From an uncultured Prevotellaceae bacterium (lineage in GTDB: Bacteria > Bacteroidota > Bacteroidia > Bacteroidales > Bacteroidaceae), in NCBI GenBank assembly GCA_902800595.1, contig CADCFA010000003.1, positions 1,931-65,930 of the forward strand: a DNA stretch of 64,000 nt, given 5' to 3'. Every line of letters begins with the position of its first letter. Position 1 is the first letter of the stretch. The translations under genes and the position numbers were made by a program. The notes under the pieces were generated by a model. The model ran no database searches, was not told the origin of the DNA, and was given only the letters and a program-made list of their open reading frames with translations. This document shows positions 28,561-37,935 of this stretch, piece after piece.

Positions 28561-30678
28561 CTATCGACCAACGAGGATGATGATAGAGCGTGGACCTACG
28601 AGCACTTCATGCTGACTCTCAACAAGCGGTTCCTTACCTGGCTCAAAGATATCTTGTAGTGTCGGCATCCCAGTATTGGCAAAGACGTGCCACGCCATAT
28701 CCTGAGGCAACTGGGGCAGTTCAAAGCCATGCATCTCCCAATGCATATTGATCGCTACGTAGATAAAATCATCGGGCTTACCGTCTGTTGGGGCATATCG
28801 TCCGTTCAGCATAAAGGCTGTCGTGAGATTATTGTAACCGCTTTCAGGCTGCCAGGCCTTCACGCCATGCCACGAGAAGTCGGGATAGCCCAATCCCAGA
28901 TAGTCGCAATGGCGCAAGTTGTCTTCGTAGCGCAGCACCTTATGCTGGCGACGGAATTGAATCATCTGTTTGAAATAGCAGAAGATATCCGCGTTCTTCT
29001 CCAGGTTGTTCCAGTCGAGCCATGCGATCTCGTTATCTTGACAATAGGCATTGTTGTTGCCTTGCTGCGAATTACCCATCTCGTCACCCGACAGCACCAT
29101 CGGGATACCCTGACTCACCATCAGCAGGGTGATGGCGTTCTTGATTTGCTGATGGCGCAGACGGTTAATGTCAGGATTATCGCACTCCCCCTCCCAGCCA
29201 CAGTTCCAACTGTTGTTATGGTTCTCACCGTCGCGGTTGTCCTCACCGTTAGCCTCGTTGTGCTTATCATTATACGACACCAAATCCATCAGCGTAAAAC
29301 CATCGTGAGCCGTAACGAAGTTCACACTCGCCTTGATACCTCTTCCCTGAGAGGCATAGAGGTCTGGTGAGCCGATGATACGCTCCTTCACGTCGCCCAG
29401 CACGTTGGGATCGCTCTTCAGGAATCGGCGGATGCTGTCACGGAACTTTCCGTTCCACTCTGCCCAGCGTCCCCAAGAAGGGAATGAACCCACCTGATAG
29501 AGTCCACCAGCATCCCAAGCCTCAGCGATGAGCTTCGTCTTGCCGAGGATCGGGTCATAAGCCAGCGATTCGAGCAATGGGGGATTCGACATCGGGTTTC
29601 CGTTCTGGTCGCGCCCGAGGATAGCAGCCAGGTCGAAACGGAAGCCGTCGATATGGTAGTCAGTCACCCAATAGCGCAGACTCTCTACGATCATCTCACG
29701 TACGTTGGGATTGTTGCAGTTCAGGGTGTTGCCGCAGCCGCTGAAGTTATAATAGTAACCTTCTGGCGTGAGCATGTAATAGGTTTTGTTGTCGATGCCG
29801 CGATAGGAGATGGTGGGACCCTGTTCATTGCCCTCTGCCGTGTGGTTGAACACCACGTCAAGCATCACCTCTATACCATTGGCATGCAACTGTTTCACCA
29901 GGTTCTTCAGTTCATCCACCTGCATGCTGTACTTTCCTGAGGAGGCATAGGCAGCCTTAGGCGCAAAGAAGCCCACGTTGCTGTAACCCCACAGGTTATA
30001 AAGCTCCCGGCCATCGACAGGAGAGATGCGGTGGTTCTCAAACTCGTCGAACTCATGGATAGGCATCAGCTCCACACAGTTGACACCCAGTTCGAGCAGG
30101 TAAGGGATCTTCTCGATGATACCTGCGAACGTTCCCTTGTGCTTGACACCCGAAGCTGCCCCACATGTAAAGTTACGCACATGCATCTCATAGACGATGA
30201 GGTCGTTGACAGGTGTTTCCAAGGGCTGGTCACTCTCCCAGTCGAAGTCATCGAACACTACACGGGCACGATAGGGATAGATACTGTCCCAGTCAGGCTG
30301 TTTTCCCCATACATCGCGCCCCACAATCAGTTTGGCATACGGGTCGAGCAGTATCTTCGACTTATCGAAGCGAAGACCTTTTTCCGGTTCGAAGGGGCCA
30401 TCCATGCGGAAGCCGTACTCTATGTTCTCGTAATCCAGATCGAAGATAATCATCGAGAACACATTGCCCAGACGAAACTCCTTGAAGAAAGGAATCTCGA
30501 CAAACGGCTGTTCATCGCCCTTGTGGAAGAGCACCAACGTGCAATCGGTGGCATAACGGGAGAATACGGAGAAGTTCACCATATTGCCATACACCATCGC
30601 ACCGAAGGGGGATGGTCTGCCGGCACGCAACTTCAACCCCTGGTACTCATGCGTGGGAAATAAATCGACTCTATGCAT
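28561..30678 (-). CDS. glgX: Glycogen debranching enzyme / isoamylase (CBM48 plus GH13)
   Basis: LLDPYAK, YEMHVR, DVVFNHTAEG, NFSGCGNT, DGFRFDLA, IAEAWD, TAHDGFTL, GNNNAYCQDN. Confidence 0.97.
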   Translation of the reverse strand: MHRVDLFPTHEYQGLKLRAGRPSPFGAMVYGNMVNFSVFSRYATDCTLVLFHKGDEQPFVEIPFFKEFRLGNVFSMIIFDLDYENIEYGFRMDGPFEPEKGLRFDKSKILLDPYAKLIVGRDVWGKQPDWDSIYPYRARVVFDDFDWESDQPLETPVNDLIVYEMHVRNFTCGAASGVKHKGTFAGIIEKIPYLLELGVNCVELMPIHEFDEFENHRISPVDGRELYNLWGYSNVGFFAPKAAYASSGKYSMQVDELKNLVKQLHANGIEVMLDVVFNHTAEGNEQGPTISYRGIDNKTYYMLTPEGYYYNFSGCGNTLNCNNPNVREMIVESLRYWVTDYHIDGFRFDLAAILGRDQNGNPMSNPPLLESLAYDPILGKTKLIAEAWDAGGLYQVGSFPSWGRWAEWNGKFRDSIRRFLKSDPNVLGDVKERIIGSPDLYASQGRGIKASVNFVTAHDGFTLMDLVSYNDKHNEANGEDNRDGENHNNSWNCGWEGECDNPDINRLRHQQIKNAITLLMVSQGIPMVLSGDEMGNSQQGNNNAYCQDNEIAWLDWNNLEKNADIFCYFKQMIQFRRQHKVLRYEDNLRHCDYLGLGYPDFSWHGVKAWQPESGYNNLTTAFMLNGRYAPTDGKPDDFIYVAINMHWEMHGFELPQLPQDMAWHVFANTGMPTLQDIFEPGKEPLVESQHEVLVGPRSIIILVGR

Positions 30679-30684
30679 TTTTTA

Positions 30685-30717
30685 CAATAACCGTTAAACA
30701 ATAACCAATAACCGTTA
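30685..30717. repeat. 7-bp degenerate tandem repeat (CAATAAC/CGTTAAA) between the STAS gene and glgX
   Basis: caataac cgttaaa caataac caataac cgtta. Confidence 0.75.
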
Positions 30718-31011
30718 GGGTAATTCGTCAAGCGACTGGTAGGTTTCAAAGAAGTTGCTGAACCCTGTCACATCCATGATATCCTTCACCTCGCTGGTCA
30801 TGCCAACCAGACACACTTTCAAGCCTTTTGAGGCAGCCAGTTTCTTGGAATACAGCAACACACGCAAGCCCGTACTGGAGATATAGTTACAGCCTGTCAT
30901 GTCGAGCACGGCGTTGCTACCCTTCTCCAGGATGGCTTGAATACCATTCTGAACCTCATCGCTGTTGAAGGAGTCCAATCCTTCAGCTAGTTTATAGATT
31001 TCCATATTCAT
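30715..31011 (-). CDS. STAS-domain anti-sigma factor antagonist (RsbV/SpoIIAA-like)
   Basis: 98 aa; LDMTGCNYISSTGLRVLL with the phosphoacceptor Ser; VKDIMDVTGF. Confidence 0.93.
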   Translation of the reverse strand: MNMEIYKLAEGLDSFNSDEVQNGIQAILEKGSNAVLDMTGCNYISSTGLRVLLYSKKLAASKGLKVCLVGMTSEVKDIMDVTGFSNFFETYQSLDELP

Positions 31012-31021
31012 AGCGAAGACA

Positions 31022-32176
31022 TTATTGATGCAAATTCAAAACGGTTGGTTGCTTCGACCAGTCCATGCAATTGCGCACACGCAGATCGGCATAAGGCTCT
31101 GCGTTGACGATGGTCGATTGGATGGTCATCAGCTGTTCTGTGCCATAGAGAAACGAGAACGGACGAGGCTGCTCCATCGTCAGGTCGATGGCCTCCTGCA
31201 ACAGGTTCACATCGTCATGGCAATCGAACATAAAGCGGTCGGTGTCGTGATTATCGAGGAACAGCACCAACTTGAAGTCGGCAGGATACTTGGCAAAGTG
31301 TTCGGCAATCTTCTGGCGTAAGGTCTGGTTGCCCTTGATGCCTCTGCCTGCATGGATCTCTTCTAAGAGGATGTCACGATAGGCGAAGTCCAGAACGCCA
31401 TCCAGTGTGCCCACATAGTCTGCCTGCAGAGCGTCCTGACTAAACGGCTTGATCTCCTGTGCCAGGAACTCATTCCTTCTCTCATCGGTCTTGAAGTAGA
31501 GTTGCCCTGCTAACTGCGGACCAATACCCTGTGCCCACACCTCGCCAAACACCACGATGTCGCTACGGACGGCTTGAAGCTGCTGACGAAGACTCTTCAG
31601 GAAACTCAGCGGCTGCCCTAATGCATGGTCGATGCGGAAGGCATCTACCCCCATACGCGCCAGCTTCTCAGCCTTGTCGATCATGAAACTCACGACCTCA
31701 GGGTTCGTAAGATTGAACTTCGGCAGGTCGCCAAAGCCTAAGAACGACACAAACTCGTCGCTGTCCTTTTTAGGATAGAAGAACCAGTCGCGGTGCTTGC
31801 CGCCATTCTTCAGGAGCGACTGCTCGAAGATGGGTGCCTGATACCAACAGTGGTTGGGCACGAAGTCGCAGATAATCCGCAACCCCATGTTGTGAGCCTT
31901 GTCCAGCAGCTGCTGATAGTCATCCCACGTACCGAAGTGCGGATCCACGTCTTCGAAGTTCAGCGTATGATAGCCATGATAATTGGCAGACTTGAAGATC
32001 GGCGAGAGCATGATGGCGTTAAAGCCCAGATCCTTGATATAATCCAGTTTCTCGATCACTCCCTGCAGGTTTCCACCACAAAATACGTTCTTACTTGCTG
32101 GCGGAACCTGCCAACCTCCGTTGAATCTGTCAATCAAAAGATGATAGATCCGGATATTATCAAACCAGTTTGTCAT
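31022..32176 (-). CDS. Cytoplasmic GH13 alpha-amylase/cyclomaltodextrinase-like hydrolase (catalytic domain only)
   Basis: GGNLQGVIEKLDYI, YHGY, DFVPNH, FRIDHA, GEVW, FLDNHD; no signal peptide. Confidence 0.9.
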   Translation of the reverse strand: MTNWFDNIRIYHLLIDRFNGGWQVPPASKNVFCGGNLQGVIEKLDYIKDLGFNAIMLSPIFKSANYHGYHTLNFEDVDPHFGTWDDYQQLLDKAHNMGLRIICDFVPNHCWYQAPIFEQSLLKNGGKHRDWFFYPKKDSDEFVSFLGFGDLPKFNLTNPEVVSFMIDKAEKLARMGVDAFRIDHALGQPLSFLKSLRQQLQAVRSDIVVFGEVWAQGIGPQLAGQLYFKTDERRNEFLAQEIKPFSQDALQADYVGTLDGVLDFAYRDILLEEIHAGRGIKGNQTLRQKIAEHFAKYPADFKLVLFLDNHDTDRFMFDCHDDVNLLQEAIDLTMEQPRPFSFLYGTEQLMTIQSTIVNAEPYADLRVRNCMDWSKQPTVLNLHQ

Positions 32177-32208
32177 TTTAATTTTACTTTTAAGTCAAAT
32201 TGATGTTG

Positions 32209-32216
32209 CAAATTTA
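32209..32216 (-). promoter_or_regulatory. -7 promoter element TAAATTTG for the GH13-STAS-glgX-phosphatase operon
   Basis: TAnnTTTG 32 nt before the start codon. Confidence 0.65.
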
Positions 32217-32250
32217 GTAATTATCTTTGAAACAACAAAATAAAAGCTGA

Positions 32251-32290
32251 AAAAGTTGTCCCCACTCACCTCTGAGCAGGGATAACTTTT
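32251..32290 (-). terminator. Intrinsic terminator after tolC
   Basis: AAAAGTTGTCCC...GGGATAACTTTT imperfect hairpin with A/T tails. Confidence 0.7.
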
Positions 32291-32342
32291 ACTTCCTACT
32301 CGCCTTCCACCCTCGCAGCATGGCGAAACTGTATGGCCTTAT

Positions 32343-33674
32343 CTACTGACCTGTAGCCTGACGATATTCCAGTTGCTTAGTCTGGAAGTCGGCATAGGCA
32401 TCGGTATAGCGGTCGCAGGCAGACTGGTACTGCTGCTGGGCCAGCAAAAGGTCACTCATCTTAGTTGTGCCCACACGATAGTAGTCCTTATTCAGGCGCA
32501 GGTTCTCGTCAGCCTGACCGATGGCATCGTGGGCAATGAGCAGTTTCTTATGGCTGGTCTCCACTGCCGACCAGGCATTGTTCATCTTGATGATGAGCTT
32601 CTGCCCACTGTCTGACATCTGCTCCTTGGCATCCTCGTAGGCCAGCTTCTGCTTCTTGATGGCGTGTGAACCACCCCACCAGCCGCTGATGGGAACATTG
32701 ACACCGGCAAAGAGTATGCCTATGCCACGATTACCGTCCATCACGTTGTTGTAAGTATAGCTGGCACCTACGCCGACCTTGGGCAGATTCTCGCCTATCT
32801 TCATCTGATGCAGCAGACGCTGACTCTCTACATTCTTTTCCAACAGACGGTACTCTGGTGTGGCTGCTAATGCCGACAGGTGGTCCTGACGGAGTGTCAG
32901 GGGGAGGTTAGGCACTTCCGCGTTAGCCAAGGCTGAGAGGTCGGCAGGTAAGGTGACATCTATGGACTCATCTTTCTTGCCGACGTGCTGAGCCAGCAAC
33001 TGACAGATGGTAGAGAGGCCACTTTCCATCTCAGCTTGTGAACTCTCTATCTCGCCCTTGCGCAGCTGTACCTGTAACAAGTCGTTACGATTGACGGCTC
33101 CTACGCGAACCATGTTAGTAACGTCCTTCTCCAGTTCTACGAGCATGTCGTGGATACTGTTGAGCGTTTTCTGCTTCTCCTTGAGCGTTACTGCTTTCCA
33201 GTAGTACTGCTCGGTGGTCAGTTCTACTTGGTCTTCTGAAAGCTCCATCTTGATCTCGCTGGCTTGCTGGCCAACCTTCGCCAATCTATTGCCATTGACA
33301 ATCATACCGCCCATGAAAACAGGCTGAATGGCTGAAACTGCCCCAAAGACACCATTTTTAATCAGGTGTATGTCTGATGGGAGTTCGACGCCAGCAGGCA
33401 ACATCATCTGAAGCTCCATAGGCAGATTGAGGTCTGCCTCAATCAGATATTTGTTGAGCGTCATACCCATTCCCAATGCCGACACAGTGGGAAAGTACTT
33501 TGTGAATGCTTCCTTGCGTTGTTGTTTAGACTGCTGGATAGAATTCTGGGCTGAGTGCAGACTATAGTTGTTCTCGACAGCCAGTTGCTTCAGCTGTTCG
33601 AGGGTGTAAGTCTGCTGTGCTGCGACTGAGCCGCAGCAAGCAAGACCTACTATCAGTGAAAATATCTTTTTCAT
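32343..33674 (-). CDS. TolC family outer membrane efflux protein
   Basis: Signal peptide, two OEP repeats (YFPTVS, LPKVGVGASY); adjacent to the RND permease. Confidence 0.92.
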   Translation of the reverse strand: MKKIFSLIVGLACCGSVAAQQTYTLEQLKQLAVENNYSLHSAQNSIQQSKQQRKEAFTKYFPTVSALGMGMTLNKYLIEADLNLPMELQMMLPAGVELPSDIHLIKNGVFGAVSAIQPVFMGGMIVNGNRLAKVGQQASEIKMELSEDQVELTTEQYYWKAVTLKEKQKTLNSIHDMLVELEKDVTNMVRVGAVNRNDLLQVQLRKGEIESSQAEMESGLSTICQLLAQHVGKKDESIDVTLPADLSALANAEVPNLPLTLRQDHLSALAATPEYRLLEKNVESQRLLHQMKIGENLPKVGVGASYTYNNVMDGNRGIGILFAGVNVPISGWWGGSHAIKKQKLAYEDAKEQMSDSGQKLIIKMNNAWSAVETSHKKLLIAHDAIGQADENLRLNKDYYRVGTTKMSDLLLAQQQYQSACDRYTDAYADFQTKQLEYRQATGQ

Positions 33675-33694
33675 CTTATTCTTGTTTTTCTTTT

Positions 33695-36600
33695 TTACTT
33701 CTTTACCTTTTCTTCGCTCTTTCCCATCACCTTCCAGTAAGCAATAGGCATTACTGTCAGGATGAAGAACATGGTAAGGAGCGTACCGTAACAGATGACG
33801 GCACCCATGGGCACCCAGAGGGCACTGCCACCGAGAATCATAGGAACCACACCCATGGAAGCTGCTGCCGATGTCAGGAAGATAGGACGCATACGGCGCT
33901 CAGCGGCAACGTGGATAGCCTCCTTGACTGGTAGTTTCTCCAGTTCCTGTACCTCAGCCGTATAGTCGAAGAGGATGACACCGTTACGCACCAGGATACC
34001 CATGAGCGATACGAAGCCCAAGACACTGGTCATGGAGAACTCCACACCCTGGATAAGCAGACCAACTACCATTCCAAATACGCAGAGTGTGAGGCAGACC
34101 ATAATGAGCAAAGCCTCGCTGACTTTCTTGAAGTGCCACAGCAGCACGAAGAAGATGATCATGACCGACATGACGAGGGCCCCGGCAATCTGGGGACCAG
34201 TCTCGTTGTCGGCCTCATACTGACCACCATATTCTATCTGCATGCCCTCAGGCAGCTTGAAGTCGGCGAGACGCTCCATGATATCCTTCGTTACGAAACC
34301 ATCATTCTTTCCACGAGCCACCTCAGCCATCACTGTCACGGTGCGCAGGCCATTGCGGTGACATATCTGACCATACTGCCAGGTAGGCACAACCTCGGCA
34401 AACTGGCGCAGCGGAACGCTGGGCTGCGCTTCGCCACTATTATAGACAGAGTAAAGACTGTTGACACTATTTGGTATAGAGGCTGACAGACCAATGGGGA
34501 TCAACTCGTCCATGACGTCCTGCATGGTGGCCTGATCGGCATCCTCGGTCTTCATCTTTACATTCACATCATAGTCGCCTTCCCATGCGGTGCTGACGGT
34601 GATACCATCGCCATAACGGAACGCCATCTGCAACTCTACAGACTGGTTGGTGATGCCCAGACGACTGGCCTTGTCGTCATCAATCTTGATACGGGTAGTA
34701 GAGAGTGGCTCCAACATATTGCTGCGTACAAGAAGCAAGTCTGGCATCTGACGCATAATCTTGACAAGGCTGTCGGAATACTGTACCAGCTGTTGCAGAT
34801 TATCGCTCTTCAGACGTACCTCAATAGGCGTTGAGCAGGAGCTGAAGTTCAGCTGCTTTACCTTCACATAAGCCTCTGGGAAGTAGGTGGTGTACTTCTT
34901 GGTACACTCATCCAGCAATTCCACTGTAGCCTCGTTGCTGACGGTATTGATGATGAACTGAGCATAGTTCTCACCTGCGAACTGAGGGGCGTAGGCTGTA
35001 TGGAAACGGGGCGATGCGCAACCCTTGAAGGCGGCAATATCCACAATGCGCTTGTCCTTGCTGAGCATATGCTCCAGTGAGTCGGCTATCTCCGCAGTCT
35101 TCTCAAAACCAGTACCGGTTGGGAAATACATCTCGATGGCAAACTGGTCACGGTCAGCAATAGGCATCAACTTCACAGGTATCTTAGTGAACAGCATGGC
35201 ACCGATGACGAATCCACCAAGTCCCATACCGATGGTAGCCCAGGGGTGACGGAAACACCATGCCAGCAGAATCTTGTAGTACTTGTCCATGATGTCAAGC
35301 AGGTTGAAGGGCTTCTTGCCGTTTTTGGGCTTATCACCTCCAAGGGGTTTGGTGATGAAGAAGTACTGCAGGATAGGCAGCAGCGTCTGTGCAATGATCA
35401 TTGAGATGAAGAGCACGATACTGATGGCCCAGGGGAACGATGACAGGAAGTCGCGCGACTGTCCGACCATAGTGATGAGGAACGGGAAGAAGGTCACCGA
35501 GATACAGAGTGTAGCGGTAAAAATGGACTTCAGGAAGTGGATGGTAGAATCGATGGATGCCTGCCAGCGAGGTTTGCCCTCAGCCATCATCTCCATATAG
35601 GAGTCGATAATCACAATCGAGTCATCGACAATCATTCCTAAGGTTACAATCAATGCAGCCAGCGTCACCGTATTCAGCTCGATGCCGAACATATAGAAGG
35701 CGCCCAACGAGATAAAGATGGTAATAGGCATCGTACCGGCTGCCACCATCGCCACACGCATAGGCATGATGAGTACAACCACCATAATCACCGTCGTGAT
35801 GGCAATCAACAGCTCATGCAGGAAGTTTTCGATAGATTCGTCAACCACCTTCTGCTGGTTGGTGATAGGTGTCATCTTCACATCGGCGGGGATGTCGTTC
35901 TTAATGTTCTTCAACTTCTTGTTGATTTCAGCACCCATGCTCGATACATCCTGCCCTTTCTTGATCTCTACGCTGAGCAAGAGACATTTCGTGCCGTTAT
36001 TGGTGATATAAGAAGTTTTCTTGGCATACTCACGCTTCACGGTGGCAACATCCTTCAGTCGGACGGCGTTACCATTAGCATCAGTATAGATCACGGTATT
36101 CTCCACGTCGTAGATCTTGTTCAGCGCGTGATCCACGTAGATGGGCGACTTATAGCCTTCATTCTTCAAGCGTCCGGCAGTGGTCACAAAGCCCTTGCTG
36201 GTCAATATCTGTCCGATGGTCATATAGCTGATGCCGTAGTGCGACAGCTTGTCAGAGTTCAGATAGATGCTGATCTGGTCCTTCTGCATGCCGTGCACAG
36301 TCATCTTACCTACGCTGGGAATCATACGTAGTGAGTCGATGAGCTGATTCATGTAGTCGTTCAGCTCACGATAGGTCTTGTCCTTCGATTCCATCGCCAG
36401 CAACAGGGCTGAGGTGTCGCCGAAGTCATCGTTCACCTGGAGGGCAAGTACGCCGTCGGGCAACTGACTCTTGAAAACCTGAACACCGTGCTTGAACTTC
36501 GACCAGAACTCATCCTTGTTCGTCAGGTCGTCGTTTAGCTCCACTTGAATGATACAGAGTCCGTCTTTCGAATACGATACGGTCTTCTCCTTCTTTACCT

Positions 36601-36850
36601 CGCGATAGGTGAAAATATATTTCTCCAACGGCTTGACCACTTGTTCCTCCATTTCCTGGGCAGTCACACCGGGATAGACGGCAACAACCACACCCTGACG
36701 GATCGTGAAGTCGGGGAACTCGTTCTTATTAATCTTAGCCAAGCCAAAAACGCCCAGAGCCACCAAGCAGCTCACGAGCAATATGATAATCTGCCGGTAG
36801 TGCATCGACCACTCTTGCAGACTCATTTTTTTCTCTTTATTCTCTTCCAT
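33695..36850 (-). CDS. RND efflux permease (AcrB family)
   Basis: 1051 aa; LGMIVDDSIV, GILVRNG, RMRPIFLTS. Confidence 0.95.
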   Translation of the reverse strand: MEENKEKKMSLQEWSMHYRQIIILLVSCLVALGVFGLAKINKNEFPDFTIRQGVVVAVYPGVTAQEMEEQVVKPLEKYIFTYREVKKEKTVSYSKDGLCIIQVELNDDLTNKDEFWSKFKHGVQVFKSQLPDGVLALQVNDDFGDTSALLLAMESKDKTYRELNDYMNQLIDSLRMIPSVGKMTVHGMQKDQISIYLNSDKLSHYGISYMTIGQILTSKGFVTTAGRLKNEGYKSPIYVDHALNKIYDVENTVIYTDANGNAVRLKDVATVKREYAKKTSYITNNGTKCLLLSVEIKKGQDVSSMGAEINKKLKNIKNDIPADVKMTPITNQQKVVDESIENFLHELLIAITTVIMVVVLIMPMRVAMVAAGTMPITIFISLGAFYMFGIELNTVTLAALIVTLGMIVDDSIVIIDSYMEMMAEGKPRWQASIDSTIHFLKSIFTATLCISVTFFPFLITMVGQSRDFLSSFPWAISIVLFISMIIAQTLLPILQYFFITKPLGGDKPKNGKKPFNLLDIMDKYYKILLAWCFRHPWATIGMGLGGFVIGAMLFTKIPVKLMPIADRDQFAIEMYFPTGTGFEKTAEIADSLEHMLSKDKRIVDIAAFKGCASPRFHTAYAPQFAGENYAQFIINTVSNEATVELLDECTKKYTTYFPEAYVKVKQLNFSSCSTPIEVRLKSDNLQQLVQYSDSLVKIMRQMPDLLLVRSNMLEPLSTTRIKIDDDKASRLGITNQSVELQMAFRYGDGITVSTAWEGDYDVNVKMKTEDADQATMQDVMDELIPIGLSASIPNSVNSLYSVYNSGEAQPSVPLRQFAEVVPTWQYGQICHRNGLRTVTVMAEVARGKNDGFVTKDIMERLADFKLPEGMQIEYGGQYEADNETGPQIAGALVMSVMIIFFVLLWHFKKVSEALLIMVCLTLCVFGMVVGLLIQGVEFSMTSVLGFVSLMGILVRNGVILFDYTAEVQELEKLPVKEAIHVAAERRMRPIFLTSAAASMGVVPMILGGSALWVPMGAVICYGTLLTMFFILTVMPIAYWKVMGKSEEKVKK

Positions 36851-36867
36851 AGTAGCGGTAGCAAATT

Positions 36868-36895
36868 ATTCACTTTTCACTATTCACTTTTCACT
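36868..36895. repeat. 7-bp tandem repeat (ATTCACT/TTTCACT x4)
   Basis: attcact tttcact attcact tttcact; overlaps the adaptor stop codon. Confidence 0.85.
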
Positions 36896-37916
36896 TAACA
36901 ATCTCTACCTTCATGCCGTTGCTCACCTTCTGCTGACCAGCCACAATGATTTGGTCACTGGTTGAGAGTCCGCTGCTGACCTGAGCGCCCTGGGCTGTCT
37001 CGTTGCTGATGGTAATCTCACGCTTCACGGCCTTACCACCGTTGACCACCCATACGAAGGTCTTGTTGTTGTCGTCCAGCTGTATCAGGTTGGCAGGGAC
37101 GAACACGCCCTCTGTGCCCTGCATATAGTTGGTGAATGCCTGACAGATCATGCCTGGCAAAAGCTGCTTGTCAGGATTGGCGATAGTAGCCTTCACCTCG
37201 TATGTACGTGAACGAGCGTCAGCACTCACGCCACGCTCTGTCACCTTACCTGAGAACTCACGGTTGCCGAGGGCTGGTACGATAATCTTCATCGAAGAGC
37301 CCTTCTGAATGCGCTGAATATCATTCTCTGGCACGGCAATCTTTACTTTCACACTACCGATGGACACCAGCTTCACAATGGGGACGCTGGGGGCTGCGGT
37401 CTGTCCTACCTCGGCATACTTCTCAGCGATATAACCGCCGAAGGGAGCATACAGCTTCGTCTCCGTGAGCGACTTCTTTGCCATCGCCTCCTGAGCCTTG
37501 GCAGATTTCAGTTGATTGTCAATCTGTATCCACTGCATCTCGGGCAGCGAACCCGCATCGTGCAGTTGCTTCATACGGTTGTATGTGTCCTGTGCCTGAT
37601 CCAGGGCTGTCTTAGAGATGGTGTAGGCATTAGACAGTGTGGTGGGATCGAGCTCTGCAATGAGCTGTCCTGCACCAATAGTCTGCCCTGCCGTCACATA
37701 GATTTTCTTGATGGTACCTACGCTGACAAACGACAGCGAAGAACCGCTTGCCTCCTCAATAGTTCCAGAGAAGCCCTGTTCGCCATTGACAGCCTCTGTC
37801 TGAATTTGCTGGACCTTAACTCTTGCCGTCAGTTCGGCATCACCTTGTTTCTTGTCACCACAGCTGGATAGAGCTAGCAGCACTGTCACAGCCATCATTG
37901 CTTTAATTGTTCTCAT
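36891..37916 (-). CDS. RND periplasmic adaptor (MFP) lipoprotein
   Basis: Lipobox LSSC, lipoyl half motifs, LYAPFGG, LLPGM. Confidence 0.93.
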   Translation of the reverse strand: MRTIKAMMAVTVLLALSSCGDKKQGDAELTARVKVQQIQTEAVNGEQGFSGTIEEASGSSLSFVSVGTIKKIYVTAGQTIGAGQLIAELDPTTLSNAYTISKTALDQAQDTYNRMKQLHDAGSLPEMQWIQIDNQLKSAKAQEAMAKKSLTETKLYAPFGGYIAEKYAEVGQTAAPSVPIVKLVSIGSVKVKIAVPENDIQRIQKGSSMKIIVPALGNREFSGKVTERGVSADARSRTYEVKATIANPDKQLLPGMICQAFTNYMQGTEGVFVPANLIQLDDNNKTFVWVVNGGKAVKREITISNETAQGAQVSSGLSTSDQIIVAGQQKVSNGMKVEIVK

Positions 37917-37935
37917 TTTCCTTTTGTTTTATGAT

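Noticed and set aside
32291-32342. Possible short gene remnant between tolC and its terminator (minus-strand IQFRHAARVEGE*)
   Set aside because: Too short to support without a search.
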